Positions 1 to 11,880 of a DNA stretch of 64,000 nt are shown piece after piece. The stretch covers positions 249,612,001 to 249,676,000 of the forward strand of contig NC_083223.1 of assembly GCF_032191835.1 (NCBI RefSeq). The letters are read 5' to 3'. Positions within the stretch are counted from its first letter, which is position 1; every line of letters starts with the position of its first letter. The notes beneath the pieces are model-generated. The model saw only the letters and a list, made by a program, of their open reading frames with translations, searched no databases and had not been told where the DNA came from. Made by a program: the position numbers and the translations under genes. This DNA comes from Heteronotia binoei (Eukaryota).

Positions 1-1189
1 GGACTTGCATATAAGTGTGCACAGCACTTCAGCTTTAACATTTATCTAGTGTTTGAGGAGCTTCATGTATATTCTCAATAATCCTTAAAACAACCCTACA
101 CTGTACGGCCAGGATACCCATGCTGTGGAGGGTGAAAGAAAACTGGTTTGCTTGCTTGCTTGCCTGTGGTGACCAGGCAAGTGCCTAGATGAATCAGGAC
201 AGAAACTGTGGATTTTCCAGTACCCAATTTCTCCGCTGGAAGTTTACTTAATCTCCAATACATGGATTTCTTAAATGCTCAATGGGCAGGTGACTTCAGT
301 TTAACTAACTATTTTTAATTGATCAGGCTGAAGAGCCCACTGTTAGACTGGAGTCTTTGGTGCTTTGCACATGCTGCAGCTGGGCTTCTTCATGGTTAAT
401 AACGGTTAGCACTGAAAGGAAATGCCTGCCTGCTGGGAAGGAGATGCTATGAAAAGGACTGCAACTAGGGAGAGAGCAGTACTCTTGTGGAAGGAGATCC
501 CACTATCATCATACCAGCTCAATGCTTTGCAGAAGTTGGGTCACCCTGCTTTGTAGATTAGTTGGTCTCCGAGGCAGTTTTTTTGCTCAGTTCATATCAC
601 TGGGACGACTGCCATTGAGAAATAGATTATGAAAAGCAATTTCAAAAAGTTGTGAATATTTATGATCATATGTAGAAAAACAAAAGAATCTTAATGAAAA
701 GAAAAATGATATTAAAGTTCTTCTTGGATCCAGAGTGTCTAAAAAGACAAAACCATGACTTTGTCTTTTTCACTTCTTTGTTTTTATTGCAAAAAACCAA
801 TGTGCCTCATTCCTTTGTTTTTAAGATTTATGTATGCCACTATCAAGTCATGGGGAAGAAATCATTTCTCCTTTACTGGTTCTCTCATTTAAATATGGAT
901 CTGTTACCTATCATAATAGTAAAATAACCTTTTTGTTATGGGGGAAATAAAGGCATTTTATTAAGGTCAGTGTCACCTGTTCTGGAAGGCCACAGGAAAC
1001 AGCCCAACAAGATAAGAGTTTTACAGGTGACAAAGAAGCCATGTTGTATTTTTTGACAGTAGGTTCATGTTCTCTTGAGCCATGTTTCAGGTACAGATGT
1101 GGGTAAAGTTATATCCTAGATGTGTTTTAAGCTCCTATCTCTTTGGAACAGAGACAGAATATACTGGGAGAGTGGTGCAAAGGCAGCAC

Positions 1190-1365
1190 AGTAGAGCCTG
1201 ATCTCAGATCTTGGAAGCTAAGCAAAGTTGGTACTTGGGAGACCACCAAGGAAGACTCTGCAGGGGAAAGCAATAGCAAACCACCTCTGCTTCTCACTTG
1301 CCTTGAAAGCCCCTTGCTGGGGCTGCCATACGCTGGTTGCAGTTTCACAGCACTTCACTCACACA
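1190..1365 (+). mobile_element. 5S rRNA-derived SINE with RTE/BovB-type 3' tail (degenerate)
   Basis: Head 'ctgatctc..ggaagctaagca..gtacttgg..gagaccacc' resembles the 5S rRNA internal promoter region. It is followed by 'caaaccacctctgcttctcacttgccttgaaagcccc', a BovB/Sauria-like tail. Confidence 0.6.
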
Positions 1366-1509
1366 CAGAGAAGATTCTTGAAGGATAGAATGGTTTAAAA
1401 GAGAAATACTGAGCCACAATGGTGGAATCTCAAGCCACTGCATAAAATCCCCGGCTCCAACAACCCTCATGGCTTGTAGTGATTTTGCCTCCAAGACAAA
1501 TCCAAGCAA

Positions 1510-2300
1510 CGGAACATATGGCTGAAGCTAAATCCTTCCATGACCAAAGAGATGCGCCTGGGTCAGCACAGACCTGTTGGCAACACAGAACTCCTGGCTT
1601 TTGATGGTGGTCTGCTTACATTGCTGGACTTCATCAGGAATCTGGGGGTATGGTTGGATAACTTGGTCTCAAGAAACAGGTGTTCAACATCACATGGACT
1701 GCCTCTTACCATCTATGCAAGCCCACCAATTAGTGTACTACCTGCCTCATTCCGATCTTGCTATAATGATCCATGCCACAGTCACCTCTCACTTAGATTA
1801 CTGTAATTCGCTTTGCACAGAATTGCCCTTGAAAATGCTACGGAAGCTTCAGGTAGTTCAGAATGCAGTTGCCAGATGGTGTAACCTGAGATGCACATAT
1901 CCATCCTGTGCTGGCGCAGCTACACTGCCTACCTGTTTCTGGATCAAATTCAAGGTGCTGGTACTCACCTTTAAAGCCCTAAACAGTCTGAGACCATCAT
2001 ATTCAAGGGACTGGCTCTCCCGCTATAATCCCCTTTGTATGCTGCATTCATCATCACACAACTTGTTGGCGGTGCCAGATCCTTGGCTACTACCAGGACA
2101 AGGGCCTTTTGCACCTTGGCTCCGTCCTGGTGGAATGCCTCGCCGGACAAGGTTAGACCCCTGCAGGGCTTGCAAGTCTGTCATGTTCAGGGAGGCCTTT
2201 GCCTAATTTTTTTCTGTTATCCCTCCTGGAACTTATCCACTTCTTTTTATATTTTACTGATTATGAATTATCAGTGTCTGATTATACATATTTTATATCC
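1510..2300 (+). mobile_element. L2 LINE ORF2 3' fragment (degenerate)
   Basis: Translations give L2 post-RT motifs: WLKLNPS, SHLDYCNSL..LPLK.LRKLQVVQNAVAR, FKVLVLTFKAL and TRAF..LAPSWWN, with frameshifts. Confidence 0.8.
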
Positions 2301-4255
2301 AACTGTTGTTTTAATCCATTCTGAACCTCCAGGAAAGGGCAAAGGAGGGAGGGAGGGAGCTCCCTTCTCCTTTCCCCAAGTTGCAGCTTTTTTGACAGAG
2401 TTTGGTGCAGTCCCACAATACTACTAGAGAAGGGAAAGGTCTAAGAGGAAAATATTATAGTTAAATACAAGCAGACTGCACATACCTTGACTTCAGGAGA
2501 AGAGCAGGCTATTCAGTGTGGCTTTTTTTTTTTATAAAAACAAGTGCTGCCTGAGATTGTCTCAAGCACAAAAAATGAAAAGGACAGATCATGCAAACCA
2601 CAACAGGCGCTCACCCCAAAGGAACAGCCTCACAAACTACAGATGCAGGAATATGGTTATCTTACTCCTCTAAAGCCTCATATATACACTACCAACCTAA
2701 ATTATTCAGAGAGTCAGTTGGTCAAGTCACACTTAAGCATCTTTATTACTATAGCTTGAGTCAGTGTCCAACATCACTTCTGACTGATTACACAGCCACA
2801 CTATTTTAGAGCTCTGCTCCAATTCTAGTTAAGAAATCTGTCCTTTTGAAAGTGTTTTTAAAAGGGGGAATGTTTCTCTGAAGGTATGCTGAGTTAGCAG
2901 CAGAAGCAAAAAGGCTATATAACATCTGTTTAGTAAGTTAAAGGGAAGAGCAGAGGTGCAGTGCTACAAATTACTTTTGGGTGGCAATGTCAAACCCCGA
3001 TTTGAAGGACATTCAGCCGGCTCCTCTCGCAGCCTGTTTTTCCATGCAAGGATTGAGGCATGTTTGTTAATGTACAACAAGTAAAGTAAACAGGCCTGAA
3101 GAACAATGTCACAACACTGTTGTAACTATTCCTGTCTAATCTATTCCCTTCACTGGTTTTACAATCCCATTTTCTGCTCCTTCTACCTTCAGAGCACAGG
3201 GTCCTCCCCTCCCCTATGAGATTCTCCCCATCAAGTCCCCATGAGAAAGTTCTGACCCCTCCCCTCCAATCTCTGTACAACTGTCAACACCAAGGCTGAT
3301 GAATCTCTAAAGGAAAAAAAAATCATGCATTGTTCACGACTGTCTTGTAAAGAGTCTTACATAGACAGACTTAACACTTACACAGAGAGAGCCATCCTCA
3401 ATATTACAGAAGTAGACTGGGGACAGATACCTGCTGTGTATGAATCATCCCCATTCCATGCTGATAGACACAATCCTAAATCTGGCTACTGACACACATG
3501 CAAATAGGAAAGAAGGAAATGTTGCACACACTCACCAAAACTGCTCAAGGAATATACACCAGACAATTAGATTTTCTAAACTGTCAAACAGCCCACATTT
3601 TATTTACAGAATACAAAAAAAAGGTCTAAGCTTAGTTCTAACATCAGGTTTACTTGCACGCTTGATACTCGCATAAATCAACAAAGTATGCTGTTATATT
3701 AAAAGCAACTGAGCAAGTTTGGAAAGGATATCAAGAAATCCCTTCAGCAAAGACATGAAATGGACTGCAATACAGGAACAGTTTTATTTTTACTGGGGCA
3801 CAAGCTAGAGAAAGGCAAGGACAGGAAGCAAACACAGTTCAGTATGTGGCCATCCTCATCCTAGGACTTTGGTTTTAAATAGCTGAACGTGCAGCCAAGT
3901 ACAGTGCTTCCAAGGCCAAGCACAGAGCTCTAACTCTAAGAAGTTACAACAGCAACTCAAGACTCTCTAGCGATCTAAGATGGCCACATTGGTTCAGGAA
4001 GGTCTCATGCTCCCATCTAGACTTGGTATAAGCAAATTATATATCTTTTAAAATTATAAAGAGCTAACTAAACTGATCAGCTGCCAACAGGCAGGAAGAA
4101 ATGTAGTGACTAAAAGGCGATTTTGAAATCAAATGGCAAAGGCTGCACACTGCGAACGCAGCAAGTGGGGGGCTATGTTATGTGGGTCACAACGGCGGGC
4201 TCCTGAACAGTGACGCAGTCCCACCCCAGAAAGAGCCGAGGGAGGGGGGAATCCT

Positions 4256-4475
4256 CTACAGGCGGCGCTGGTAACTAGCCTGCAGCTGCAGATTACGCAA
4301 GTAATCGCCATAGGCACCCGCATACCGGGCATAATCGGCCTGTGTTTCTGGGAGACGGCGATAATCCAGTTGAGCTTTTGTCGGCGAATGGCGGTATGCG
4401 TGAGGGGAGTCTGCTAAACGGCGGAAATCTGAGAGATCAGTTAAACGGCGGTCATCTGAGAGGTCAGAACCGTAC
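4256..4475 (-). CDS. RBM14: RBM14 coding exon 3 (last; R|[11 protein letters not shown]...ASYQRRL*)
   Basis: Acceptor ttaaccag|G at 4476/4475. Phase 2 matches exon 2. Translation matches the RBM14 C-terminus (YRHSPTK..LDYRRLP..DYARY). Confidence 0.95.
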
Positions 4476-4844
4476 CTGGTTAAGAGAAGAGACATTTGAT
4501 AAATAAGAGCTTATGGATGATGCCCTTATATATGCTACCACTGAGAGGATCACTGAAGCATAAGCTTAGGAGACACACTACAGGAATCCAAAGGATAATA
4601 TTGCCTCCATTGTTGCATTTGCTAGGATTTGAGCCATTATGAGGTGCCAAGTGTCGAAGCAACATTCTGACAATACCCTCTTCTGATGGAACAGAGTATC
4701 TTCTGAACTGGGGAACAGATGCCTAGGATCTGTTGTAATCAACAGAACTGTGCAAGGAGGCTCAGGTCTTATGAGACTTCATCTAGGGGGCCACAATACC
4801 TAAAAAGAGGTATATAGAGCTAAATGTTCAAGGCTGCAATTTAA

Positions 4845-4870
4845 CACACACACACACACAGATACACACA
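4845..4870 (+). repeat. (CA)n microsatellite
   Basis: Sequence reads acacacacacacacacagatacacacac. Confidence 0.9.
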
Positions 4871-5640
4871 CTCATCCCAGGCATATGGAAGTTGGCAGTG
4901 GTTATCTGCCAAGGAAAACGCATAGTAACAAACTTAGGACTTTCACGTGACTTTGTGTGTTCCACAGTTGAGCCTTGGGCTCAAATTCACCTCAAGCTAT
5001 ACCACAGCTGAAAACTCTTCTAGGCTCCTGGAGTTTTGTGTATTCCAAAATAGTTGTGCTATGTGCACAGCCGGCCTCAGGTAATTAAGAGGCTGAATCC
5101 TAGTTGGCTCTCTGGGATCAGGAGTATTTCAACCCTGCATTATGTCGCCACAACCAGGAGCTAAACTGGTTCAATCCTTTTATACAATCCAAGTCCAGAG
5201 CATAGTTTCCCTTCTGTGGAATGTCAGGCATACAAGACCCTTTCCACCACCACCCCCTGCAGGTTTGAGCCTTTCAGATCTCAATGTGTCCAATCCAGCC
5301 CTCTTAAGCCTCCACAGAAATATGAAAACAGGAAAAGCAACAGAATCCTGCCCAAAAGGTCCCCCTCCCCCAAAGAGAAGAGCACAGGGGAAAAGGTGTT
5401 GAAAACTTAAGCTGAACTGTTGGTGAAGAACTAACAGCGCAGCCAGCATAGCAAAAAGAAAGGAAGCAAGCCCCACTCACCACCCACCTTCAGTTCCAAC
5501 CACCCATTTAGAATATTAGCAAGATGTCTGCCACCTCCCAGGGAACTGAAGACTGAAGGTTCTTTCTGCAAGTGCATGGAGATCCTTAGACAGAAGACAT
5601 GACTGACATGCAAAGTATTACCCTGGGTTTAGCTGCATAC

Positions 5641-7000
5641 CTCTTATTCATTGCAGCTGCTTTTCTGAAGAGATCTTCACGGCTGCCACGAGGTGGGGAG
5701 AGGCGGGTGCGTTCATATGGGGGGTGCAGCGCAGCAGCTTCTGACTGAGACATGGCTGAAAAGGCAGCGGCCACCTGTTGTGCAGACTGAGTTAGCCCAT
5801 TGTATGCTTGCTGAGCTCTGTAACCTGCCACTGGAACAGAAGACTGTTGTGCTGCATAGGCTGCCTCTGTTGGATTGGCGACCTGTGCTCTGTAGGCTGA
5901 AGACAGTGAAGCAGGGAGTGATGCTTTGTAGGAAGCGGCAGCTGCATCCTGCATGTTGTAAGTGGCTGCAAGGTTTGCCGCCGATTGCGCCCCGTATGCA
6001 GCTGGCAGAGCAGATGCAGCCTGGGAGCCATAGGATGCTGGGTGGCCAACAGCTGGCTGAACTCCATACGAAGATGGCTGGGCTGAGAGAGAGTGGGCAC
6101 TGTACAAGGCTGCCTGGCTGCTTGCAGCTGCTTGGGCCCCATAGGAGGCTGAGTATGCAGCAGCTGCTTGAGCCCCATAGGTAGCTGCATATGTTGCAGC
6201 AGCCTGAGCCCCATAAGCAGCAGCATAGGTTGTGTTGGGCTGGGCCCCATAGGAGGCTACTTGAGAAGCAGCAGGCTGTGCTGCATAGGCGGCGGCGGCG
6301 GCGGCAGCAGCAGCAGATTGAGCATTGTAAGTGGCAGCCGCCTGGGCACTGTAGGATGTTAGAGCTGAGGCTACTGGCTGGGCACCAGAAGCTGCCATGG
6401 GAACAGAGGACTGAGCTCTGTATGCATTTCCACCCAAAGCTGAAGGCTGGGCTCTGTACATTGCGGCTTGCCCAGTTGTAGGCTGGGGTCTATAAGCCAT
6501 CCCAAGAGAGGCTGACGGCTGGTCTCTGTAGGATGCTCCCATGGAGGCAGCAGTCTGGTCTCTATAGGAAGCTTGCTGGGCTGTCATAGGAAGTGTGTAA
6601 CCTGCTCTTGTGGGTGAACGTCTAATGGGACTCCTGTCTCTTCCAAAATAGGAGGGAGATACCTGTCTGGCCTGACCATCATGTGAGTCAAATTTGGTTA
6701 AGTTGTTGCCCATGCGCTGCTGATAATCATACTCAAGTGTAGAATAACTGGAGCCTGCCATCGGGAAGGAAAGATCAGCAGATCTCAAACCATCATTCCT
6801 GTTCTGGAGTTTATCCAGAGTTGGTATTTTGTTCTTTTCAGCTCCACCTCCTGGCTGCCCGCTGTATGCAGCTGGTCCCCTTTTATGAGCTTTATTAGAA
6901 AGTTCCACATTAATTCTTTTGCCTTTGACTTCCCTTCCGTTAAGGTGTTCAATGGCGGCTTTAGCATCCTCTTCCTTCTCCATGTGAACGAACGCATAGT
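5641..7000 (-). CDS. RBM14: RBM14 coding exon 2 (RRM2 C-half plus Ala/Tyr/Gln-rich prion-like domain)
   Basis: Acceptor tttatcag|AC at 7001/7000 and donor AAGAG|gtatgc at 5641/5640; 1360 nt. [17 protein letters not shown]...[20 protein letters not shown], repeated YGAQ/YRAQ units and [12 protein letters not shown] match RBM14. Confidence 0.97.
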
Positions 7001-8129
7001 CTGATAAAGCAGCAGACAGAGGGTTATCAATAAGGAACACATTACATGTTATTACAGGACCCCAATCCTACTGGGACGTAGCCTGGAAACAGTCAGAGAC
7101 CTCAAACTGCAACATATCTATTTGGCAGCAGAATGCAGGCTGGAGCAGCTGACATGGGTAAACGTGCAACTCAGACCAGCAGCCAGAGTGAAAGAATAGG
7201 CCACCTGCCCTACAAGTCTTCAGGTTAATCATCTGACTTTCACATCTGCCCCACAGCTCACACTCCACCCTGCTCTTTGGGTTCATTACAGGACATTTCC
7301 CATGAACAACCAGAAAGTACCATGGCACCTCAGCTTCTGTATTATTAACCCTCAGCAGAGAAGTTCACATGGCAGTTGCTATTCTGGAGTCCTCACATTA
7401 AGGCAGGAATATAACCTTCTGATGGCAGACCAGGTGTCTCATTTGCAAAGGTGTGCCATGCTGTAAAGCTTCTATACAGCTAGCATTGTTACAACAGTTC
7501 TTGCACTGAATTTTTTTAACATGCTTTTTAAAAAAAACTGCATCTAAGAAGATAATGTAAAGATAAACTTATAAAATTTAATAACATCACACTTGCCTCA
7601 TTTTGACAGCACATGAACTTAATTTACCTCCCCTCTCCAAGCAAAAGAGTGTATTAGCTTGAACAAGATGAATTTCAGGTTACTGGGCAAAGTATGCAGG
7701 GACTGAAGTCAACAGTCTTCCCCCCCTCTGAGTCAACAGTCTGAAGTCAACAGTCCTCTGAGGGATTTCACACCTCAGAGCACCTGCTAGCCACCTTCAC
7801 AGGCTCTTTTCCCAGTTACATCTCTCATCAGGGACACCAGGCTTACATGATACAGGACAGGAACACTACTTACTAAGTTTCATACACCAGATGCTACCTG
7901 TCATGATTTAGACAAGAAACCTAGAGTACTCAATATAACCAAAATTACAGGAGTAATTAATAAAACGTTTCAAACACCCAAGACTTTTCGGTACTCCTAG
8001 TCCAAATAGTCTAATAAACTGAATTCACATCACTGGATCTAGCCAATGCAAACAGCAGCTTAAAAGCTGCTTGAACTAAGTTGTCTTCTGGGATAAGTCA
8101 AAAGCTCCAATTTGTTTCCTTTGTGGCAA

Positions 8130-8432
8130 ATATAACCATGTTTTTATGGAATTTGCTGCCAGGGAATGTAGTGATGGACACAAGCATAGAAGGCATTAAA
8201 AGGATATTAGACAGATTCACAGAAGACAAGTCTATCAGTGGCTATTAGCCATGGTGAGTAAAGGGAACCTTCCACATTCAGAGGCAGTCAACCTCCGAAC
8301 CACAGTGCCAGGAGGCCACATCAGGGGAAGGCCTTCTTTCATCCCTTCATAGTAACTGGTCAGTCACTGTGTGAGACAGGATGCTGGACTAGGGGACCTC
8401 TGGTCTGACCCAGCAGTGCTTATGTTCTTAGG
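8130..8432 (+). mobile_element. CR1 LINE 3' end
   Basis: 'ggaatttgctgccagggaatgtagtgatgg...ttagacagattc...ggctattagcc...ggatgctggacta...cttatgttctta' is a typical CR1 3' end. Confidence 0.7.
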
Positions 8433-9463
8433 AAAACAGCACATTTCATGACTTGAGGAAATATGAAGGGGAAAGTCCTCAGCAGTAAGACGTCTGGCAT
8501 TATTCAAATGAAACTGTGCTTGCACATCTGGTTTCAAACGCTTGGGGAAATTTTCTAAAACTAAATGTTATTTTACTGTTTTTAAACGGCTTTACATATT
8601 CATTCTGTTGAAATAATTTGACTGCTAAACAAAACACAAACCATTCATTCATTTCACAGCACACACCGAGGCATTCTCATGAAATGAGACATACACCATA
8701 AATTGCTTCTAAGGAGAGATATGCTGCCAAGTTTGCCTCAACAAGTCACATGACAGTGATGCCCACAATTCTCAGCGTGATTTTATGTATTTTAACGAGC
8801 CTGGTGATCTGGATGGTTGTGGGATGTCAACCAATCAGCAGTGGATAGGAGTCAGAACAGAAGTCAATAGGAAAAGAGACTCCTTGGCCTGTGTTTGCCA
8901 CAGAGCTTTGGGAGGCACTGCACGAAGGACAGTGAAAACACTCAGACTACATAGTGTTTAAGGGCAAATTTATGTTTAACATGTGACAGTCTCCATTTAG
9001 CATTAATAGCTCCCTAACTTGACTCTGAGGGCCTACCCATATAGATCCATGCCCCAAAACCTGAAGGCTAGACTACTGTAACATACTACATGGTACTAAG
9101 GTGTACATTCCTACTGCCACAGAGGGTTAACAGACAAAGGTCATATCTCCGAATGGGTTTAGTTGTCCTGTGGGAAAATGAGACTTGCTGATGATTACAT
9201 CTTATAAGCAACGTTGGACTATGGCATTGAGAAGGATATGCAAAGAACCACCCTAAGGTCCTGTCAGGAAGCTTACTGGGCACATAAAAGCAGAGATCAC
9301 ATGTCTTCCTAATGGCCCACCTAACAACAGGACTGGGCTAAACAAGTAAATAATTTTATAGTGAGCCCTATAATTTTACGACTACTTCATGACAGCTTTA
9401 AAAAGATATGCTCAGTATCAGGATAGATGTTCAAGGGATAAGGCTTTATCAATGACCTAACAG

Positions 9464-9583
9464 CAGGGGTGGCCAACGATAGCTCTCCAGATGTTTTTTT
9501 GCCTACAACTCCCATCAGCCCCAGCTGGGGCTGATGGGAGTTGTAGGCAAAAACATCTGGAGAGCTACCGTTGGCCATCCCTG
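9464..9583. mobile_element. 120-bp palindromic MITE (CAGGGGTGGCCAA termini)
   Basis: The whole element is a near-perfect hairpin. It is flanked by the direct repeat ACCTAACAG at 9455-9463 and 9584-9592. Confidence 0.85.
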
Positions 9584-11319
9584 ACCTAACAGTATTCTTT
9601 CATGCAATGCCCACAGCTGGGGTGGACAGCGATTTGCAGGAGGTGGGTCTTAGTCACAGGACAACTGGAGCAGCTGCACCAGGCAGGGGGCACTGTGAGC
9701 CCTGAATGCAGAGCAGCTGCATTTGTGAGCTGGCCATGGACAGTGCTGGGCAATCAACTGTAGGGTTGTCAAAGTCTCCTCTACTTGCTCCACAGACCCA
9801 GCTCCAGCCTGGATTACCTGGAGATCTCAGCTGCAGCAGAGTGCACAACCCAGCCAGTCACTTTTGCGCTCTGGGAGGCCAACATACTTTGCCTTTTGCA
9901 ACCTGCTGGTCTCTTCCTTCTCAGGGACATCAACACCCCCCCACTCCCTTTGCTTTGACCAGCCAACATTTGCAGAATCACACAGAGGTAAGAAAGCCAC
10001 ACAGCTGATCAAGTGTGTGCAATGGTCTACCTCAGTGTGAACTGCCTCTCCTTCTCCAGCAACTGCTTGTAAAATATCTTTGCTACATAGTCAAAAAGTC
10101 TGACAGATCATAATATTTCAGATCAAGGCAGCCATTTTCTTTCCAAAGCTGCTAGATATCTCCTTTCTTTTTTCTCGTTTTCCCCACCACTCCTCACTGT
10201 TCTTTCCACTGCATCCCACAGACATGGTGTCTCCTTGGCTTAAAGCAGAATGACTGGCAAGTAGATCTAACATTAGAAAGAGCAGTGCTTAAACTTTAGA
10301 AATTCAAGCCTTCAATTAATGTTTCATCTGCCTGAGTATGCAGTACAAAAGGGGGCACAGAAACTAGACCCCTCCATTCTGTTCTCAAACATTCCCCGCC
10401 CCCCCCCCCCCATCATTTTGGTTTTTTGCCCTCAACAACCAGACGGATGATAATTTCTGGGAATCTTAAAGACTGCTGTTGTGTGACTTTGTGCTTAGCC
10501 CTAATAAAATATATTATGCTACTATTGTTTATAGAGATGTGTAATTATACTAGTTTGTGTAGCACTTTTTATAACGTTCAGTGTTTTCTGGCTATTTTAT
10601 ATCATCACAAGAACACTGTGAGTTTGGTAGATTTTATACATTTTATCCAGCACCCTCACACCACCCTATGGTAACTGCAAATGATTTGCCAGCCACAGAA
10701 AACAGCAATCAGCTGGGGGATAGTTGAGAGAAAATGACGTGGGTAAAGGGGATCCTTCTGCCCATGGCCTCATAATCAGTATAGCCACCTCTGGAGAGCT
10801 GCCAGTGCAGTCAGCAACTGCTTAACCGTAAGTCAATAAGACAATAAAGGCTAAAGGAGAAATATGAGGTCTGTACCTCAGGGGTCATGCTTTTAGGTTC
10901 AGCAATGCTGCTTACCACCCTGTGTGCTAAATTAATTTGCAAGAAGGGTTGCCATACCTTCGATTTAGAAGACAAAATTTCTGTATTAACATCACAGGGA
11001 AGAATTTTCCAATTGTTTTTGGCAAAGGTGGTCAAAACAAGAAAATAAATCCATCTGTGGTATATTGAGCCTACGTTGGACCTGGTCAGTCCCAACAGAA
11101 CAACAAGCTGAAGTTGAATCCAGACAAAGCAGAGGTAATGCTGGTCGGGAAGGTTGATGTTTTAGAAAGACTGGATCCACTTGTGCTAGGTGGAATGGAG
11201 CTGGCTTTGACTGATGGTGCTCACAGATACTACAGGGGGTAAGAGTGCATTCTATCAGCCAAAACTGGTTAACTAACTCTCTCCTTTATTAGACTGCCAA
11301 TATGGCCATGCTGATTCAT

Positions 11320-11880
11320 TTTTGTAACCTCAGGGTTGGATTACTCTGATATGCCCATAGTAGGCTCCCCTTGAAGACGACCCAGAAGTTGCAGCTGATC
11401 CAGAATGCAGCAGCCTAATTACTGTCAGGCACTAGACAACAGGAATGCATCTTGCCTATTTTGAAACAGCTACAATGGCTGCCAGTTTGTTTTCAATTTA
11501 ATTCATGGTGCTAGTTAAAACCTTTTAAGCCCTTCACAGATTAGAGCTCATGTTGCTAAACCGTCATCTCTCCCCATACATTGCCATATGCCAACTATGG
11601 TCTTCAGGTTGTTCACACACTTAGGGCAACCTGTCTGGCATCAACCAGTGTCCAAGACATTTTCCATTGTGGTTCCCACTCTGTGGAACAGGCTCCTTGA
11701 AGAGGAAGGAGAACCTTGTTGAAGATCTTCAAGAACTGCTGTAAGGCTTGTTTGTTTGCTGAGGCTTTACATGTGGTATGAACCACAGACATCTTTCAAC
11801 CGAGAGTTTGGGGTTTTTATTTTAGCTGGTTTTCCTCAGTAGTGTTTTAATTCTTACTTGTAAACTGCCTTGACCCAAAA
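11320..11880 (+). mobile_element. L2 LINE 3' fragment (degenerate)
   Basis: 'ggctccccttgaagacgacccagaagttgcagctgatccagaatgcagcagcc' and the downstream 'cccactctgtggaacaggctcc' match the L2 LQLIQNAAA and LWN motifs. Confidence 0.65.

Noticed and set aside
1190-1365. Functional 5S rRNA gene
   Set aside because: Only a partial and diverged 5S match, fused to a LINE-like tail, with no poly-T terminator. The same applies to 16200-16355.
5693-6481. Plus-strand and alternative-frame ORFs over RBM14 exon 2
   Set aside because: Shadow ORFs of the GC-rich, low-complexity Ala/Gln coding sequence.
9706-10012. Possible cassette or antisense exon in RBM14 intron 1
   Set aside because: Donor-like sites exist on both strands, but I found no convincing paired acceptor or protein similarity. 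It cannot be supported without RNA data.
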